Shown here: piece after piece, positions 41,050-52,218 of the stretch
Position numbering within the stretch: position 1 is the stretch's first letter
Layout: the number at the start of each line of letters is the position of its first letter
Source of the DNA: an uncultured virus (IMG/VR IMGVR_UViG_3300018411_000016)
Lineage: Duplodnaviria; Heunggongvirae; Uroviricota; Caudoviricetes
DNA length: 63,397 bases
Strand: one strand, 5' to 3'
IMG/VR virus record: IMGVR_UViG_3300018411_000016
Position numbers and translations under genes: made by a program
The notes under the pieces: model-generated
Told to the model about the DNA's origin: nothing
Seen by the model: only the letters and a program-made list of their open reading frames with translations
The model's database searches: none

Positions 41050-41204
41050 TTTATACCACCACACTTCCTATTGTTGTATATTGTCAAGATTTCATTATCT
41101 GTTTTACGTGTGATGTATTCGTCAGTGATTATTTGTTTACTTCCGTTTTCAACGATGATAACAGAATTTAATACTCTAAAAATCTTAATATCTTTCATAT
41201 CCAT
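41046..41204 (-). CDS. Hypothetical small protein (52 aa)
   Basis: Not in ORF track. GGTGA RBS; fills the portal-protease gap. Confidence 0.5.
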   Translation of the reverse strand: MDMKDIKIFRVLNSVIIVENGSKQIITDEYITRKTDNEILTIYNNRKCGGIN

Positions 41205-41218
41205 CTATTATCACCGTC

Positions 41219-42748
41219 CTAGTCCGTACTACCATCTATTAAGTTGCCACCTGTTTCTTGGCTTTTAATTGTGTTTTCATTATCTGGTTCTTCTTCTGTT
41301 TTTCTTCCAGTGTCACCATCTTCAGCAGAGAGTGTACTTGAAGTTTTTGGTGGGGTTATGATTTCTCTTATACCCATATCATCAATTTCTCGCTTGCTAT
41401 CATCAAGTAATTCCATATAAGATACACTATTAAGCATATCAACAATACTCTTATAAGAAGTACCTTCAGCGTGTAATTTCTGTAGAATATCCACTTCATC
41501 TTTTGTTGATAATGGTGTGCCTGTAATAAATTCAAAAGCATAGTTTTCTGATATTTTTTTGCTTAACACAATACTAAAAAGCTGTTGGAATATTTCTTGA
41601 ATTGACTCCAACATCATTCCTATTCTTGAATATAAAACATCCATAGATAATTTTGCACTCTGATAATTACTGCCATTATTACTACCTGTTAAAGTACCGT
41701 TTACACCTATACCTGCTTGTATTGCATTGTTTACTTCCTCAAACTTATCTGCACCGTCATTAAACACTTCTAAACCCTTTACATCTGGAAACATTAACGA
41801 AGCAAATTGAGGTAATACAGAAACAGGTACTCCACTTGCACTTACAGATTTCTTAATAGCTGTCTGTACACTTGATACAATTTTCTTTCTCATAGGAGAA
41901 CCAATATCTTTATAATCATGTTCCTTATCGCCTATGGTTAATACAGCGATACTTTTAATTATCTTTTCAACTATATTTTCTTCTAATTGTCGCAAAGTTT
42001 TCTTGTGCTGAATATCAAGTAATGACTGCATACCTAACGGTAAACCAATTCTTTGATTTCTTAGAATTGTATTATTTTTTATAACTGTAGTCTTATCTGT
42101 AGGGAGTTCTAAATATTTATATGTAGTAGAATCTTTTTGATACTTTTCATAATTAGATTTCAGACCAATATCTTTAAGAGTTTCATACATTTGTTCTTTT
42201 TCTATATCAGTCATGTTATCTATCCAAGCCATATCCATTTTAGCTACCCATTTACCATTTCTTCTACTGGAAGAAAATACGTATTGGTTATTTTCAAATA
42301 TATAAAGATATGGATTTTTTTTATTGCCCAACCAAGTACAAATCAATGTTCCTGTTAAACACAACTGTCCTATAATATCTCTTGTTAGCTTTTTATATCC
42401 AACACTATATAAGGTTTTATCATAAAGAATTAAATTATCTTCAACATTCTTTGCTTTTCTATCAAATACTTTAATCTTATAATTAAGTTTAGGAAGTGAT
42501 TGAAATAAGGTATATAATTGATATATCGTACCATCAGAAATATACATATACGTCATATACTGAATAATATCATCATAGTTATCTTCTGGTTCAGTAAACC
42601 ACTCTACTATCTTATCTTCATCTATACCCTCATAACTACTTAAACTATCACTATAGATAGCACCTTCAGTAAAGTCGGCTATATAATCCTGAAAATCATT
42701 ATATGAAACTTTTGGAGTTACTGCCCCATTTATTCTATATTTCCCCGT
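41219..42748 (-). CDS. Portal protein (YonE-like), probable ACG start
   Basis: Follows TerL; RNQRIGLP motif; frame open for 64 codons above the track start, up to an ACG preceded by GGAGTGA. Confidence 0.75.
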   Translation of the reverse strand, partial: TGKYRINGAVTPKVSYNDFQDYIADFTEGAIYSDSLSSYEGIDEDKIVEWFTEPEDNYDDIIQYMTYMYISDGTIYQLYTLFQSLPKLNYKIKVFDRKAKNVEDNLILYDKTLYSVGYKKLTRDIIGQLCLTGTLICTWLGNKKNPYLYIFENNQYVFSSSRRNGKWVAKMDMAWIDNMTDIEKEQMYETLKDIGLKSNYEKYQKDSTTYKYLELPTDKTTVIKNNTILRNQRIGLPLGMQSLLDIQHKKTLRQLEENIVEKIIKSIAVLTIGDKEHDYKDIGSPMRKKIVSSVQTAIKKSVSASGVPVSVLPQFASLMFPDVKGLEVFNDGADKFEEVNNAIQAGIGVNGTLTGSNNGSNYQSAKLSMDVLYSRIGMMLESIQEIFQQLFSIVLSKKISENYAFEFITGTPLSTKDEVDILQKLHAEGTSYKSIVDMLNSVSYMELLDDSKREIDDMGIREIITPPKTSSTLSAEDGDTGRKTEEEPDNENTIKSQETGGNLIDGSTD

Positions 42749-42788
42749 TTAAATCACTCCCTTTCTTTGTTTAATTTTGTTTAATTTG

Positions 42789-44621
42789 TTATACCTCAAA
42801 ATACCAATCTTCATCGGTTGGGTCATATCCATCTTTATTTAATTCAATACCAGTTTCTTGTTTGCTTATCCAATAATTAGCAAAACCAATAGAACTAAAT
42901 CTATCTTTTCGCATTAAATTATTTTCAACCTTCATATATGGGCTGTTTTGCTGTTTCTTAACTTCCAGTGCCATTAATTCTTTTACAAGATAATCAACTT
43001 CTATATTGACTTTAAGGTATTCATTAATAACCATATCACTAATTCTTGCTTTTGGATTGTCTTTATTCTTTTCGTTCTCATCTTCATAAAAAGCTCTAGC
43101 ATCATTACTATCTACAGGCAATTCCAATCTTCCAGTTTCAACAACATTCTTTAGATATGTTATCATATCATGATTAAATTTAGCATCCTGTTTTATGGCG
43201 AAAATACAAGCTATAACATCTTCTTTTTCGGTGTTATACTTTCTATCAACCATATCTTCTCGATTAAATACAGTGAATGCTGGATAGTCTATGCTTCTGC
43301 TCTCGTCATGTTGTGTCTTGCTTGCAGCATCGGCTACACCCATACCATTACCATTACAGTCCAAACAAATTACGTCTATATCATAATCATAATATAACTG
43401 TTTCATTCTTATACTTTGCACTTCAGAGTGTGTATCACTTGCGTGTTCCATAAACATCAGCTTACGATTATATCTCTTTCCATCTCTATCAGGTATAGCA
43501 GAAGTAACAGAGAATACAGTATTATCATTCTTACCACCCATCATAGCCACGTCAATCGCTAAAACTCTAAGTTCATTTACTTCTTTGGGAACAGCATATC
43601 TCTTATTCCAATCTCTTAAATCTTTTTCATCAGTATATAAATAGTGTGGAATAGCTAAGAATGTCTTTTCAATAGTTCTTAATTTCTTTAATTCTTGATA
43701 CGAGAACATACTATATTGTGATTCACTTACGAATAATCCTTCATTCTCTTGTGTCCAGAACAGCCTACTAAATGTAGAACTTTCCATTTGAGTTTTAATA
43801 TCTTCCTCATATGTCATGTTGATAAAAGGTTCTGCAACAGGGAAACCCCAGTGCATACTCAATAATACTTGAGATACATCCTTAGTTGTTAACATATGTT
43901 TAAAAGTATCTATACACTCTTTGTACACAGGATTAGTTTGAAACTCACCACTTGTAATATGTATTTGTTTTTTCTTTTCATCCGTTGGCTTAAATCCAGC
44001 GTATTTAGGATTATCTTTATATCTAGGTATTCTTTCACCATTCTGTAAGAACTTAACTAATACATTCTCCTTGACCTTCTGTTCCATATAAGCACTTTCT
44101 TCACATACTAAAATAGCACATCTATTACCACGGCTATTTTCAGAAGAAGTTACACATACAATTTGACTCTTGTTAAAAAAAGTTATATATGTATCATTGA
44201 AACTGACCGAAGAATTTTTCATATCAATTTCTTTTCTTACGTTTGGGTATCTGTTATAGATTTCGCCTAATATTTTCTGTGTTATAAGCATACGTGCCTG
44301 TCCTTTTGTAGAACTGGCTAATACAATTTTAATACGAGGGTAGAGAATCGCAAGTACAACGACTATCCATCCGATAATATAGGATTTTCCGATTCCCCTT
44401 GATGCTATATATCGAAAGATAGAACTTCGGCAAGCTAAATATACAATTACATCTTGAAACCAAGTTAAAGTAGTACAACCTAATTCAGTAGATATAAAAC
44501 GGTGTGGATTCTGGCGATATAAATCCGTAATATCCCTTGTTATTTCTAATTCTCTTTGTTCTTTAGTTTTCTTATAATCTATTTCTCGTTTTTTAAACTT
44601 TAATGCTCTTGCCATATACAA
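42789..44621 (-). CDS. terL: Terminase large subunit (YonF-like)
   Basis: Walker A ASRGIGKS, Walker B LVCEES, nuclease AIDVA...ND, KDRFS. Confidence 0.92.
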   Translation of the reverse strand: MYMARALKFKKREIDYKKTKEQRELEITRDITDLYRQNPHRFISTELGCTTLTWFQDVIVYLACRSSIFRYIASRGIGKSYIIGWIVVVLAILYPRIKIVLASSTKGQARMLITQKILGEIYNRYPNVRKEIDMKNSSVSFNDTYITFFNKSQIVCVTSSENSRGNRCAILVCEESAYMEQKVKENVLVKFLQNGERIPRYKDNPKYAGFKPTDEKKKQIHITSGEFQTNPVYKECIDTFKHMLTTKDVSQVLLSMHWGFPVAEPFINMTYEEDIKTQMESSTFSRLFWTQENEGLFVSESQYSMFSYQELKKLRTIEKTFLAIPHYLYTDEKDLRDWNKRYAVPKEVNELRVLAIDVAMMGGKNDNTVFSVTSAIPDRDGKRYNRKLMFMEHASDTHSEVQSIRMKQLYYDYDIDVICLDCNGNGMGVADAASKTQHDESRSIDYPAFTVFNREDMVDRKYNTEKEDVIACIFAIKQDAKFNHDMITYLKNVVETGRLELPVDSNDARAFYEDENEKNKDNPKARISDMVINEYLKVNIEVDYLVKELMALEVKKQQNSPYMKVENNLMRKDRFSSIGFANYWISKQETGIELNKDGYDPTDEDWYFEV

Positions 44622-44628
44622 TCACCCA

Positions 44629-45561
44629 CTATTCCATATCTTGACAATATTCAGGGTGGTCATCTACATAATCCATCATTTCTTTTGCATCAACATCCAC
44701 AGATGTTTTATTAGCACCAATAAAACGTAATAATTGCATAATAAGTTTATCCCACATAAACATTATTCCATCAATGTCATAATATTTTTTGCTAGGTAAA
44801 ATTGGTTCATTTTCTGACCAATCAATTTTCTCACCCATAGAGTCATTTGTTTTCTTATCTCTTATCGCTTGAACATTCATCCCATTATCTTTTAAAAGTT
44901 TTTGTCTTGCATCTAATAATCCTTGTCCATCTTTGGTTGCTCCATTTGCAAATTTATCTCTTGCCATCCATTTATAATTAATTAGTTCACAGTATAAATC
45001 CGTTGCTGGCTTGTTATCTCTATCCCCGCCATAGGTAATATACATTTCATCTAATTCCTTATTCATAACTACAAGTTGTTCTCTTGTCCATTGATAGCCA
45101 AATAAATCTTGAAGTACCGCATAAGCAGCATCCGACTTATATAAATAATCATCTACTTTTTCAACTCTGTTTAGATTAGGACTATCTGAATAATGCAAAT
45201 CCATTAAGTTTCTATCATCTTCATATTTCTTTCGAGGATTATTTACTCTTAACATATAAGCACTAAACATATTTTCTTCTGCTTGACAAACTTCATATAA
45301 ATCGGGCAAGAATGGTATATCAAGTAACATTAATACTTGATGACAGCTTTGTACATCTTCATTAGCAACTCTACAAGCACACGCCTTACACAATGTATAA
45401 GGCTTATCCAACAGAGGATTTCTTGATGTATAAACTTTATCTTTTTTTAATTCTGTACCACAATTAAGACAGGTATATGTCATGTTTTTATCTTCATTAC
45501 TCGAATTAGATGGCTCGACACTAGAAGCCTTTTGAGTTGCCTTACTTTTAAATCCTGCCAA
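44629..45561 (-). CDS. Putative terminase small subunit (zinc finger, YonG-like)
   Basis: CLNC...CKAC, LDIPF; directly upstream of TerL. Confidence 0.55.
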   Translation of the reverse strand: MAGFKSKATQKASSVEPSNSSNEDKNMTYTCLNCGTELKKDKVYTSRNPLLDKPYTLCKACACRVANEDVQSCHQVLMLLDIPFLPDLYEVCQAEENMFSAYMLRVNNPRKKYEDDRNLMDLHYSDSPNLNRVEKVDDYLYKSDAAYAVLQDLFGYQWTREQLVVMNKELDEMYITYGGDRDNKPATDLYCELINYKWMARDKFANGATKDGQGLLDARQKLLKDNGMNVQAIRDKKTNDSMGEKIDWSENEPILPSKKYYDIDGIMFMWDKLIMQLLRFIGANKTSVDVDAKEMMDYVDDHPEYCQDME

Positions 45562-45583
45562 CTAAATCACCTGTTTCTTTTGT

Positions 45584-45793
45584 TTAATTTGTTTTAATAT
45601 GCGAACATATAATTTCTTTTACACTATCTTCTTTCAAACCAGAGTTGAACAATGCAGTTGCTATTCCAGCATACATGCTTCCAACTTTTAATCCTAATTT
45701 AAAATCAGACATAGAAATCTCACTACCCACAGCTTTATCAATTTCCATAGGGAGAAATCCTAAATCAATTTTTTTATCTGTATCTTCAGCCAC
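45584..45793 (-). CDS. Hypothetical protein
   Basis: GAGGTGA RBS. Confidence 0.6.
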   Translation of the reverse strand: MAEDTDKKIDLGFLPMEIDKAVGSEISMSDFKLGLKVGSMYAGIATALFNSGLKEDSVKEIICSHIKTN

Positions 45794-45803
45794 ATTCTCA
45801 CCT

Positions 45804-46799
45804 CTATAGCATTATTTTGCTTTCAACTTCATATAATTCATCTGTATTATCCAAATGATAAACTTTAATATTATTGGGATTTACTTTCTCATCATTGTTA
45901 TAACTAATTATAGAATAGCAATAATGTTGTGGTGTAAATGACAATTTTCCACTGTTAGCATATTCGTGTGGTTGACATACACAACCATTCTCTACTACAT
46001 ATACCCCTTGTCTTCTGGCTACTGTCTGCTGACAATATTTATGAGTGTGGGCAAATACATATACATCTGCACATTCTTTTTTATTTAAGAAGTATTCTGC
46101 AACCTTTTCAGTCATTTTACCATCTACACTACTAAAATCTTTCGGATGACAATACACTATCTTATCGTCAATATTTGTATACCAGCTATCTACATACTTC
46201 AAATTAGGGATAGGAGAAAACTTTTCACGTTTCTTACCTATGAATAATTCAAATCCTTCTTCATACATACGTAAAATCTTTGGGTCAATAAAATTCTGCA
46301 ATACCATATCTTTTAATATCATTTTCTCAAAGCGTTCTTCGTGATTACCAGCAATTAAGATAATAGGTATCTCACTCCCTAGTATTTTTCTTACTTCTAA
46401 AAGCCAATTGTAGCCATATTTAAGCTCATCAATTATACTTAAATCATTTGAATGGCTAAATACACTTATACTCTTACAATCAAGCAAATCACCGCCTATA
46501 ACAAGGTGTGTGATTTCGTGTGCATGTTTCTTTATTTCCTCAAGCACGTCTTTTCTCTCAAATGGCAAATGAATATCGTTCATCAGCATAACTTTCTTGT
46601 CAAATGAAGTATTATTCATATCATTGTACGCTTCCAAATAACCATAAGAAGCTTTTCTTATCGTGTCTGGATTAAAATTAGAATTGAATATAGCTTTTAT
46701 ATCACCCCAAGATAAATTATACTTACTTCTGTTCTGATATAACCTAGTTTTCCAATCTAAAACACTTTCATTTTCTTTTCTATTAATCATATATTCCAC
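45804..46799 (-). CDS. Calcineurin-like metallophosphoesterase
   Basis: DIH, GDLLD, GNHE, CH, AHTH motifs. Confidence 0.88.
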   Translation of the reverse strand: MEYMINRKENESVLDWKTRLYQNRSKYNLSWGDIKAIFNSNFNPDTIRKASYGYLEAYNDMNNTSFDKKVMLMNDIHLPFERKDVLEEIKKHAHEITHLVIGGDLLDCKSISVFSHSNDLSIIDELKYGYNWLLEVRKILGSEIPIILIAGNHEERFEKMILKDMVLQNFIDPKILRMYEEGFELFIGKKREKFSPIPNLKYVDSWYTNIDDKIVYCHPKDFSSVDGKMTEKVAEYFLNKKECADVYVFAHTHKYCQQTVARRQGVYVVENGCVCQPHEYANSGKLSFTPQHYCYSIISYNNDEKVNPNNIKVYHLDNTDELYEVESKIML

Positions 46800-46804
46800 C
46801 GCTA

Positions 46805-46969
46805 TTATAGTCGTTTTAGTTTAATTTTCTTTTCGCAATCTTCATTGTTGCAGATAATAAATCTTTCACCATCTTCTTGTAAAACATCATCTTCAGTAAA
46901 GAATATTAGTTGTTTACAATAAGGACATTTAATCTTTTTACCTTTGCTATTACTAAGTTTAATAGTCAT
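46805..46969 (-). CDS. Small zinc-ribbon protein (54 aa)
   Basis: Not in ORF track. CPYC...CNNEDC. Confidence 0.6.
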   Translation of the reverse strand: MTIKLSNSKGKKIKCPYCKQLIFFTEDDVLQEDGERFIICNNEDCEKKIKLKRL

Positions 46970-47049
46970 TCAAATTCCCCGTTCAAATATAAAAATAATG
47001 ACTACGCAAGTTATACGTAGCCATTTGAGTATGTATTTATTTAATTTTA

Positions 47050-47247
47050 TTATGCGTCTGGTGTTATTTCTTTATTAGCTTTGATTGTTATTGAAACATT
47101 TTCACTACCTACTAGGCTTTTAACAAGTGCAGATATATTATAGGTTTTTACATCATCTTTCTTGACTTCATCTAATAATATATTACCTTCTTCATCCTCG
47201 TACATAGTGCCATTTACATAATTTTTATTGATAGTTTCTTTTGCCAT
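47050..47247 (-). CDS. YonK-like protein
   Basis: Size, NVSITIK ending and position after HU, as in SPbeta. Confidence 0.6.
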   Translation of the reverse strand: MAKETINKNYVNGTMYEDEEGNILLDEVKKDDVKTYNISALVKSLVGSENVSITIKANKEITPDA

Positions 47248-47301
47248 ATTAAAACTCCTCTATAATTACGCTATTATTTCAGCCGTTATTTACATATTTA
47301 T

Positions 47302-47580
47302 TTACGCATTAACTCGTTCTTTTACCTTTGGAGATACCTTTAATTTAAAACTCTTAGATGCTGCAATTTCCATATCTTCACCAGTCTGAGGATTTCTGCC
47401 TGTTCTTGCTGGTCTATCTGCAATCTCAAATGCACCGAAACCAATTAATTTAAGACCTTTATTTGCTTTCGCACACTCCACAATTGTATCTAAAATAACA
47501 TCTAAATTTTCTGACATTTCTTTCTGTGATTTACCTGTTTTCTCTGCTAATACCTTTACAAATTCGCCTTTGTTCATCAT
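47302..47580 (-). CDS. hup: HU histone-like DNA-binding protein
   Basis: MNKGEF...GFGAF...RTGRNPQTGE. Confidence 0.95.
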   Translation of the reverse strand: MMNKGEFVKVLAEKTGKSQKEMSENLDVILDTIVECAKANKGLKLIGFGAFEIADRPARTGRNPQTGEDMEIAASKSFKLKVSPKVKERVNA

Positions 47581-47734
47581 AATTATAATCTCCTTTTCTT
47601 TCTGTGCTATCTGCACAAACCTATACGTTAATCGTTATATTTTCTGTTACTATATTTGTTTAATTTGTTTTAATTTTGTTTTTGAGCAGTGATACAAAAT
47701 TCTTAAACCATAACTGCATTTGTGTTACTATTAA

Positions 47735-47805
47735 CACCCACTTTAGGACTTGAACCTAAATCTTACGGTTTTGGAGACCGTTGTGTTTCATTACACCAAG
47801 CGGAT
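47735..47805 (-). tRNA. tRNA-Trp (CCA)
   Basis: Manual cloverleaf: acceptor ATCCGCT/AGTGGGT, anticodon arm ACGGT-CTCCAAA-ACCGT, T arm TTAGG-TTCAAGT-CCTAA; no encoded CCA end. Confidence 0.8.
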
Positions 47806-48077
47806 ATAGATGGGTTGAATTACTCCAACTCCACCAAGTATGAGTCCACAAACGCATACCCCAATTCAAAAAATATAAAGGTTGACCTATACCACCTTTA
47901 GGTACTTAATGGAATATTTGGACATAGGCATTACCCTAGCCTTCCGCAAGATATATCATTATTATTATTATTATTATTTGTATCCTCGTAGAGAGGGATT
48001 GGAGATGAGTTTAATGTCTTCATTCCGACAGTTATTAACCTTTTAAAATCCTCGTTTTAATAGGTTAAGGAAACCAT

Positions 48078-48422
48078 TTATTTTACATCTTTTACCATAA
48101 AGTTAATTGTATTAAATCTTGCATTATCCATATAGTAATTCATTAATTCGGATAAGATTTTAGAACGCTTATTAATACCTAACATCTTATCAAATACTAC
48201 CTTGTGAACATCTTCTAAAATTAGTTTCAAATAATGAATATGTATCTTTAAAATATCAGTATCAGTTTCCAAAACAAAATCTGTAAGAATTCTGTCAATA
48301 TGAGCAAGGTTATAAGACGCCATATTATCATGCTGTAAATTTAATTCGTAATCTTTTAGATATAATCTCATTTCAGTTTGTAGCCTGCTAATTTCAATAA
48401 ATAATTTTATACGTTCTTCCAT
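48078..48422 (-). CDS. Hypothetical protein
   Basis: AGGGG RBS. Confidence 0.6.
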   Translation of the reverse strand: MEERIKLFIEISRLQTEMRLYLKDYELNLQHDNMASYNLAHIDRILTDFVLETDTDILKIHIHYLKLILEDVHKVVFDKMLGINKRSKILSELMNYYMDNARFNTINFMVKDVK

Positions 48423-48679
48423 ATGTAAACCCCTTTTATTTCAGTAATAGTTTAATTTTTTAATTAAGTTGCCACATACAACGCCTGTGGCGAGGCACTC
48501 TTCAATTGAACATGTCCCCATACTTGATTAATCGCATCTGGATATATAGCGATGAAGGTACTCGTGCAAATACGCCCTTTCTCCTTCATTAGTCGACTTT
48601 ACTCCGATGGCTGAAACCCTTGATTTTAGCGGAGTTCAGCCGTTGAAAATAGTCCAAGCGACCCTCAAAACTCATCCGT

Positions 48680-50246
48680 TTAGTCGTTATTTGAAAAACA
48701 TTTAAGAAAATTTTGTGGATTTATTTCATATAATATTTTTAACAGCATTGATTTATTTGTGTCTATTGTTGATTGCATTTCTTTTTTGTGCCTTTTAGCA
48801 TCTGAAGATATAATAAATGCTCTATCTATTAACCAACTCATTAAACCAAGATAATTTTTAGATATATATATACCTTTAATTTCTTTAATCAAATTACTAA
48901 AATCTTTTCGTAACAGTATGTATTCTTCATCATCGCCCGTTGTATTATAATTAAATAAATTCAAAGAATAGCTAGAAATTATTTCTTCAACCTTTTTACA
49001 AGTTTTCCTGTTTTTATCTAATTCAAACTTTTTGAAAAAATATAACATTGGTAAGGTTGAGTCTTTGTCTCTAAACTTCTCTACATTCAACGAACACAAG
49101 TAATTCATAGGGCATTTTAATTTCTTATTAATTCGTTTCTTGTTAAAGTCTTTTTTAACAATGCCCCAAAAATCAGGATAACCATTTTTAGATATATCCA
49201 TGTCTTTTTTTATTCGTTTAATTTCTTCTACTAAGTCAATATCAAATCTACGTTTGGCATTATCTATAGCTACTTGAGCTAAGACAGAAAGTATGCAAAC
49301 ATAATCTATGTATTTCTGGTCTTTAAAATTATATGTATATGTTTGTGCTATTTGAGCCAAATTACTTGTTTCTCCAATAGCAGAACTTGCACTTGCTAAA
49401 TTATTATCCACTTGAGCATAATCACTCATTGTATTACCATACATTGTTGTTTCTTTTGGTATATTGTTAATTATTGTAGGATAGTCGAGATAACACATTC
49501 TTGCATGTTCTACAATATCTAATTGATTAGTACAATAACCTGAATCTGAATCTTGGTCTGAGCCATTGTTGCGGTCTTGAAAATCTGTACCAATCATATT
49601 AACTGCAATTATCTGTTTCCCAAAATTAAAATATTTTTGCAAGTTATCGCTGTATACATTATGTAAATATGTTAAATTATTTTTACTATTAAACGGACTT
49701 CTAAAGAAAGCAAGATAATCTCCATTATCAAATCTTTCTGTATAACATTGAATTGTACCTTGCTCATAACAGAATGTGTCATCAATATCTACATTTTTTT
49801 CTGCTCCAGAAGTAGCATATAATAACATAGCATATGGAGAACCGATAATAACTAAGTTTTCGGCATTTTGAATTATTTTGCCTGTTTTTAAATTAAAGGT
49901 GTAAACTTCAACAATTCTTTTCTTTCTATCTCTAAAATATTCACTTCTTACAAACTCCATGTTTTGTTCACATAAGGCAACTAATACATCATAATCGTTT
50001 GAAAAATTACTATTTTTCCTTAGGTAATCCAAAAATACATTATTGTCAGTCTTTAGCTTATTTATATAGCCAATACTTTCTTTAACCACATTTTCCATAA
50101 TATCGTTGTCCAAAGAGTTTACCATTTGATAACTCATTTTCTGTACATCACCTAATTTACTTTCGTGAGCAGTCTTAACTATCCCAAACATACAGTTGTT
50201 TTCATAAACTCTTTCGCACCAGTAATCATAGGATTTATTAAATTTG
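48680..50246 (-). CDS. YonO-like single-chain (two-barrel) RNA polymerase, exon 2
   Basis: FRSP, NNGSDQDSD metal-binding motif, IGETSN, AIDNAK. Confidence 0.85.
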
Positions 50247-51135
50247 CATTTTGTTAGTATATAGGCTCTTTATCCTATACTTCTAGGAGTTTCCTCCATT
50301 ATACCATGTCAATTCATGGCTAGTTCAGACTATATCTTCACCCTCATCTTATATATGTTAGGGTGTCGGGCGTTCGTGGACGGATTATTGTTTTGACTAC
50401 TCACCGTCTAGTCGTTGAACCTTCCAGATTACTTTTATGTCATTCATCTGGCTTGGTGTATGGTTAGCATGGAATGAAAGTTATTTGCTAAATTGAAAAT
50501 GGAATCTTTTTGCAAAATATCGCTGGTTATTACAACATCCTGAAATTAAAGCTCTACTTACATTATATTTTTGCGAAGCTTCAACACCACTTGAAACAGT
50601 CTCAATATAATTCATATTAGAATCGTATACATCTATTGGGCGAGAGCGATGTTTTGACCTTCTTAAAATTAAATCCTTGTAATTAATGTTGTATTTACAA
50701 TCACACCATTCCAAATTTTCTATAAAATTGTTTGTCGAATCTTCATCACGATGATTAACTTGGTCGTAATTATTGGGATTCGGAATAAATGTTTTCGCAA
50801 CCAGTCTTGCCACAATTAATCTATACATTTTCTTATTTGACCAAATTGAAACCATAACTTGAGTATATCCATTTTGTGTTTGCTTCTTTAATGAAAGAAT
50901 TTGTCCTTTTTTATGATATATTCTTCCAAGTGAATTTTCAAAAACTCTATCAATACTTCTAACACGTCCAAAAGTAGAAATTTCATATTCTGGATAACAT
51001 TCTATAATTTTCCATTCTTCATTCATTTTATACACCTCCTTACTTATATATTATTATAACTTTCACTCTTTAGCTTTCCACTATTAACCCGATATTTTTA
51101 ACTAATTATTTCTAAATAGCTGACCCATATTGTTA
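50247..51135 (-). ncRNA. Group I intron in the RNA polymerase gene (889 nt)
   Basis: P1 UGGCU/GGUCA; GGTTCAACGACTA and GAAGATATAGTC; ends in G; join tggct|caaattt gives MKWL-KFNK. Confidence 0.88.
50481..51026 (-). CDS. NUMOD4-HNH-NUMOD1 homing endonuclease (intron-encoded)
   Basis: EEWK.I..Y..YEIS..GRVRS, VNHRDED..NN..NLEW. Confidence 0.9.
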   Translation of the reverse strand: MNEEWKIIECYPEYEISTFGRVRSIDRVFENSLGRIYHKKGQILSLKKQTQNGYTQVMVSIWSNKKMYRLIVARLVAKTFIPNPNNYDQVNHRDEDSTNNFIENLEWCDCKYNINYKDLILRRSKHRSRPIDVYDSNMNYIETVSSGVEASQKYNVSRALISGCCNNQRYFAKRFHFQFSK

Positions 51136-52178
51136 AGCCATTTCATAGAATTATCTGTTGTTATTAATTCAATATCTTTTGCAAAATGTTCAATCCCAAA
51201 CATATCTTTAACGGTTGCGGTATAATATCCTTCCCCAAAGTAATCTCTAAAGAATTTCTGAATATTACTGCTAAAAGCAGCCATCTTACAAAAGTGATGC
51301 CTCAATAAGATATACCCATTACCCCAATCAGGAAATATACTACTGTCGATAAGAGCCTGTCCATCAAACAACGTATTTTTCAACTTGTAGTTGTCTATCT
51401 TCTTTGCTATACACTCTTTGTTTTCATTGGTCTCAACGCTTATAGCATTTGTAGTAAAAAATCTATCTATGTCTTTAAGTATCAATATATTTTTAGGATT
51501 AATTTTAATCTTATCAACGATTGTACTGGATACCAGCGGAGCATAAGCACTAATTTCAACAATCATTGGATTATCTTCGTCTAGTTTTATTCCCATATGT
51601 AAGAAGTTTATTGCCTTTTTGTATAACTTATCCCTTATGAATATACACGAACCTTTTTTCGCCTTACCTGTACTGCGGTATAGCATCTTGTAGTGGATTT
51701 TCTCTCTCTTTTTTATCTCTCCGTTTTTCTTATGAGAAATATATTCAACGTCAACGCCATCATTGTAAAACAATTCCCGTATTTCTTCTTTTGATTTTTT
51801 GCTGTATTTCTCTTTGTTATTTTGGGCAAATTTCAAAAGTGAGCCAATTTTATATCGTTTGTTCCGTACTTTCGCTATTGTCATTTTATCTTTTTTGGAT
51901 TTTGCTAATTTATAATCCAATCTGGCTTTAATAGCAATGTTATGTAAATGCTCTAATTCCTTCTCATATGAGCGTGAGCCGTAGTTAAACTCCAAACAGA
52001 TAATATCCCTCGTTGACTCTTCTTTCCAAATTTTAAGACCATTCTCTTTCAAATAATCACTAAATAAACTATTAGTGAACATTGCATCTTTGTATTCATA
52101 ATGGTCACGCACCCCATTATTATATTCAAACAAGGTGCTTGCTTCTATATTCTTTATTCTTAAACCATATTCACTGAT
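51136..52178 (-). CDS. YonO-like RNA polymerase, exon 1 (probable ATC start)
   Basis: YRSTGKAKKG, LFDGQAL, LLRHHF; frame open to an ATC 6 nt after GAGGTGA. Confidence 0.8.
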
Positions 52179-52218
52179 TTAGTATCACCTCACTATAACT
52201 TCTGCTAAAATTTATCTT

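Noticed and set aside
47957..47978. (ATT)n microsatellite
   Set aside because: Short, intergenic and expected in AT-rich DNA.
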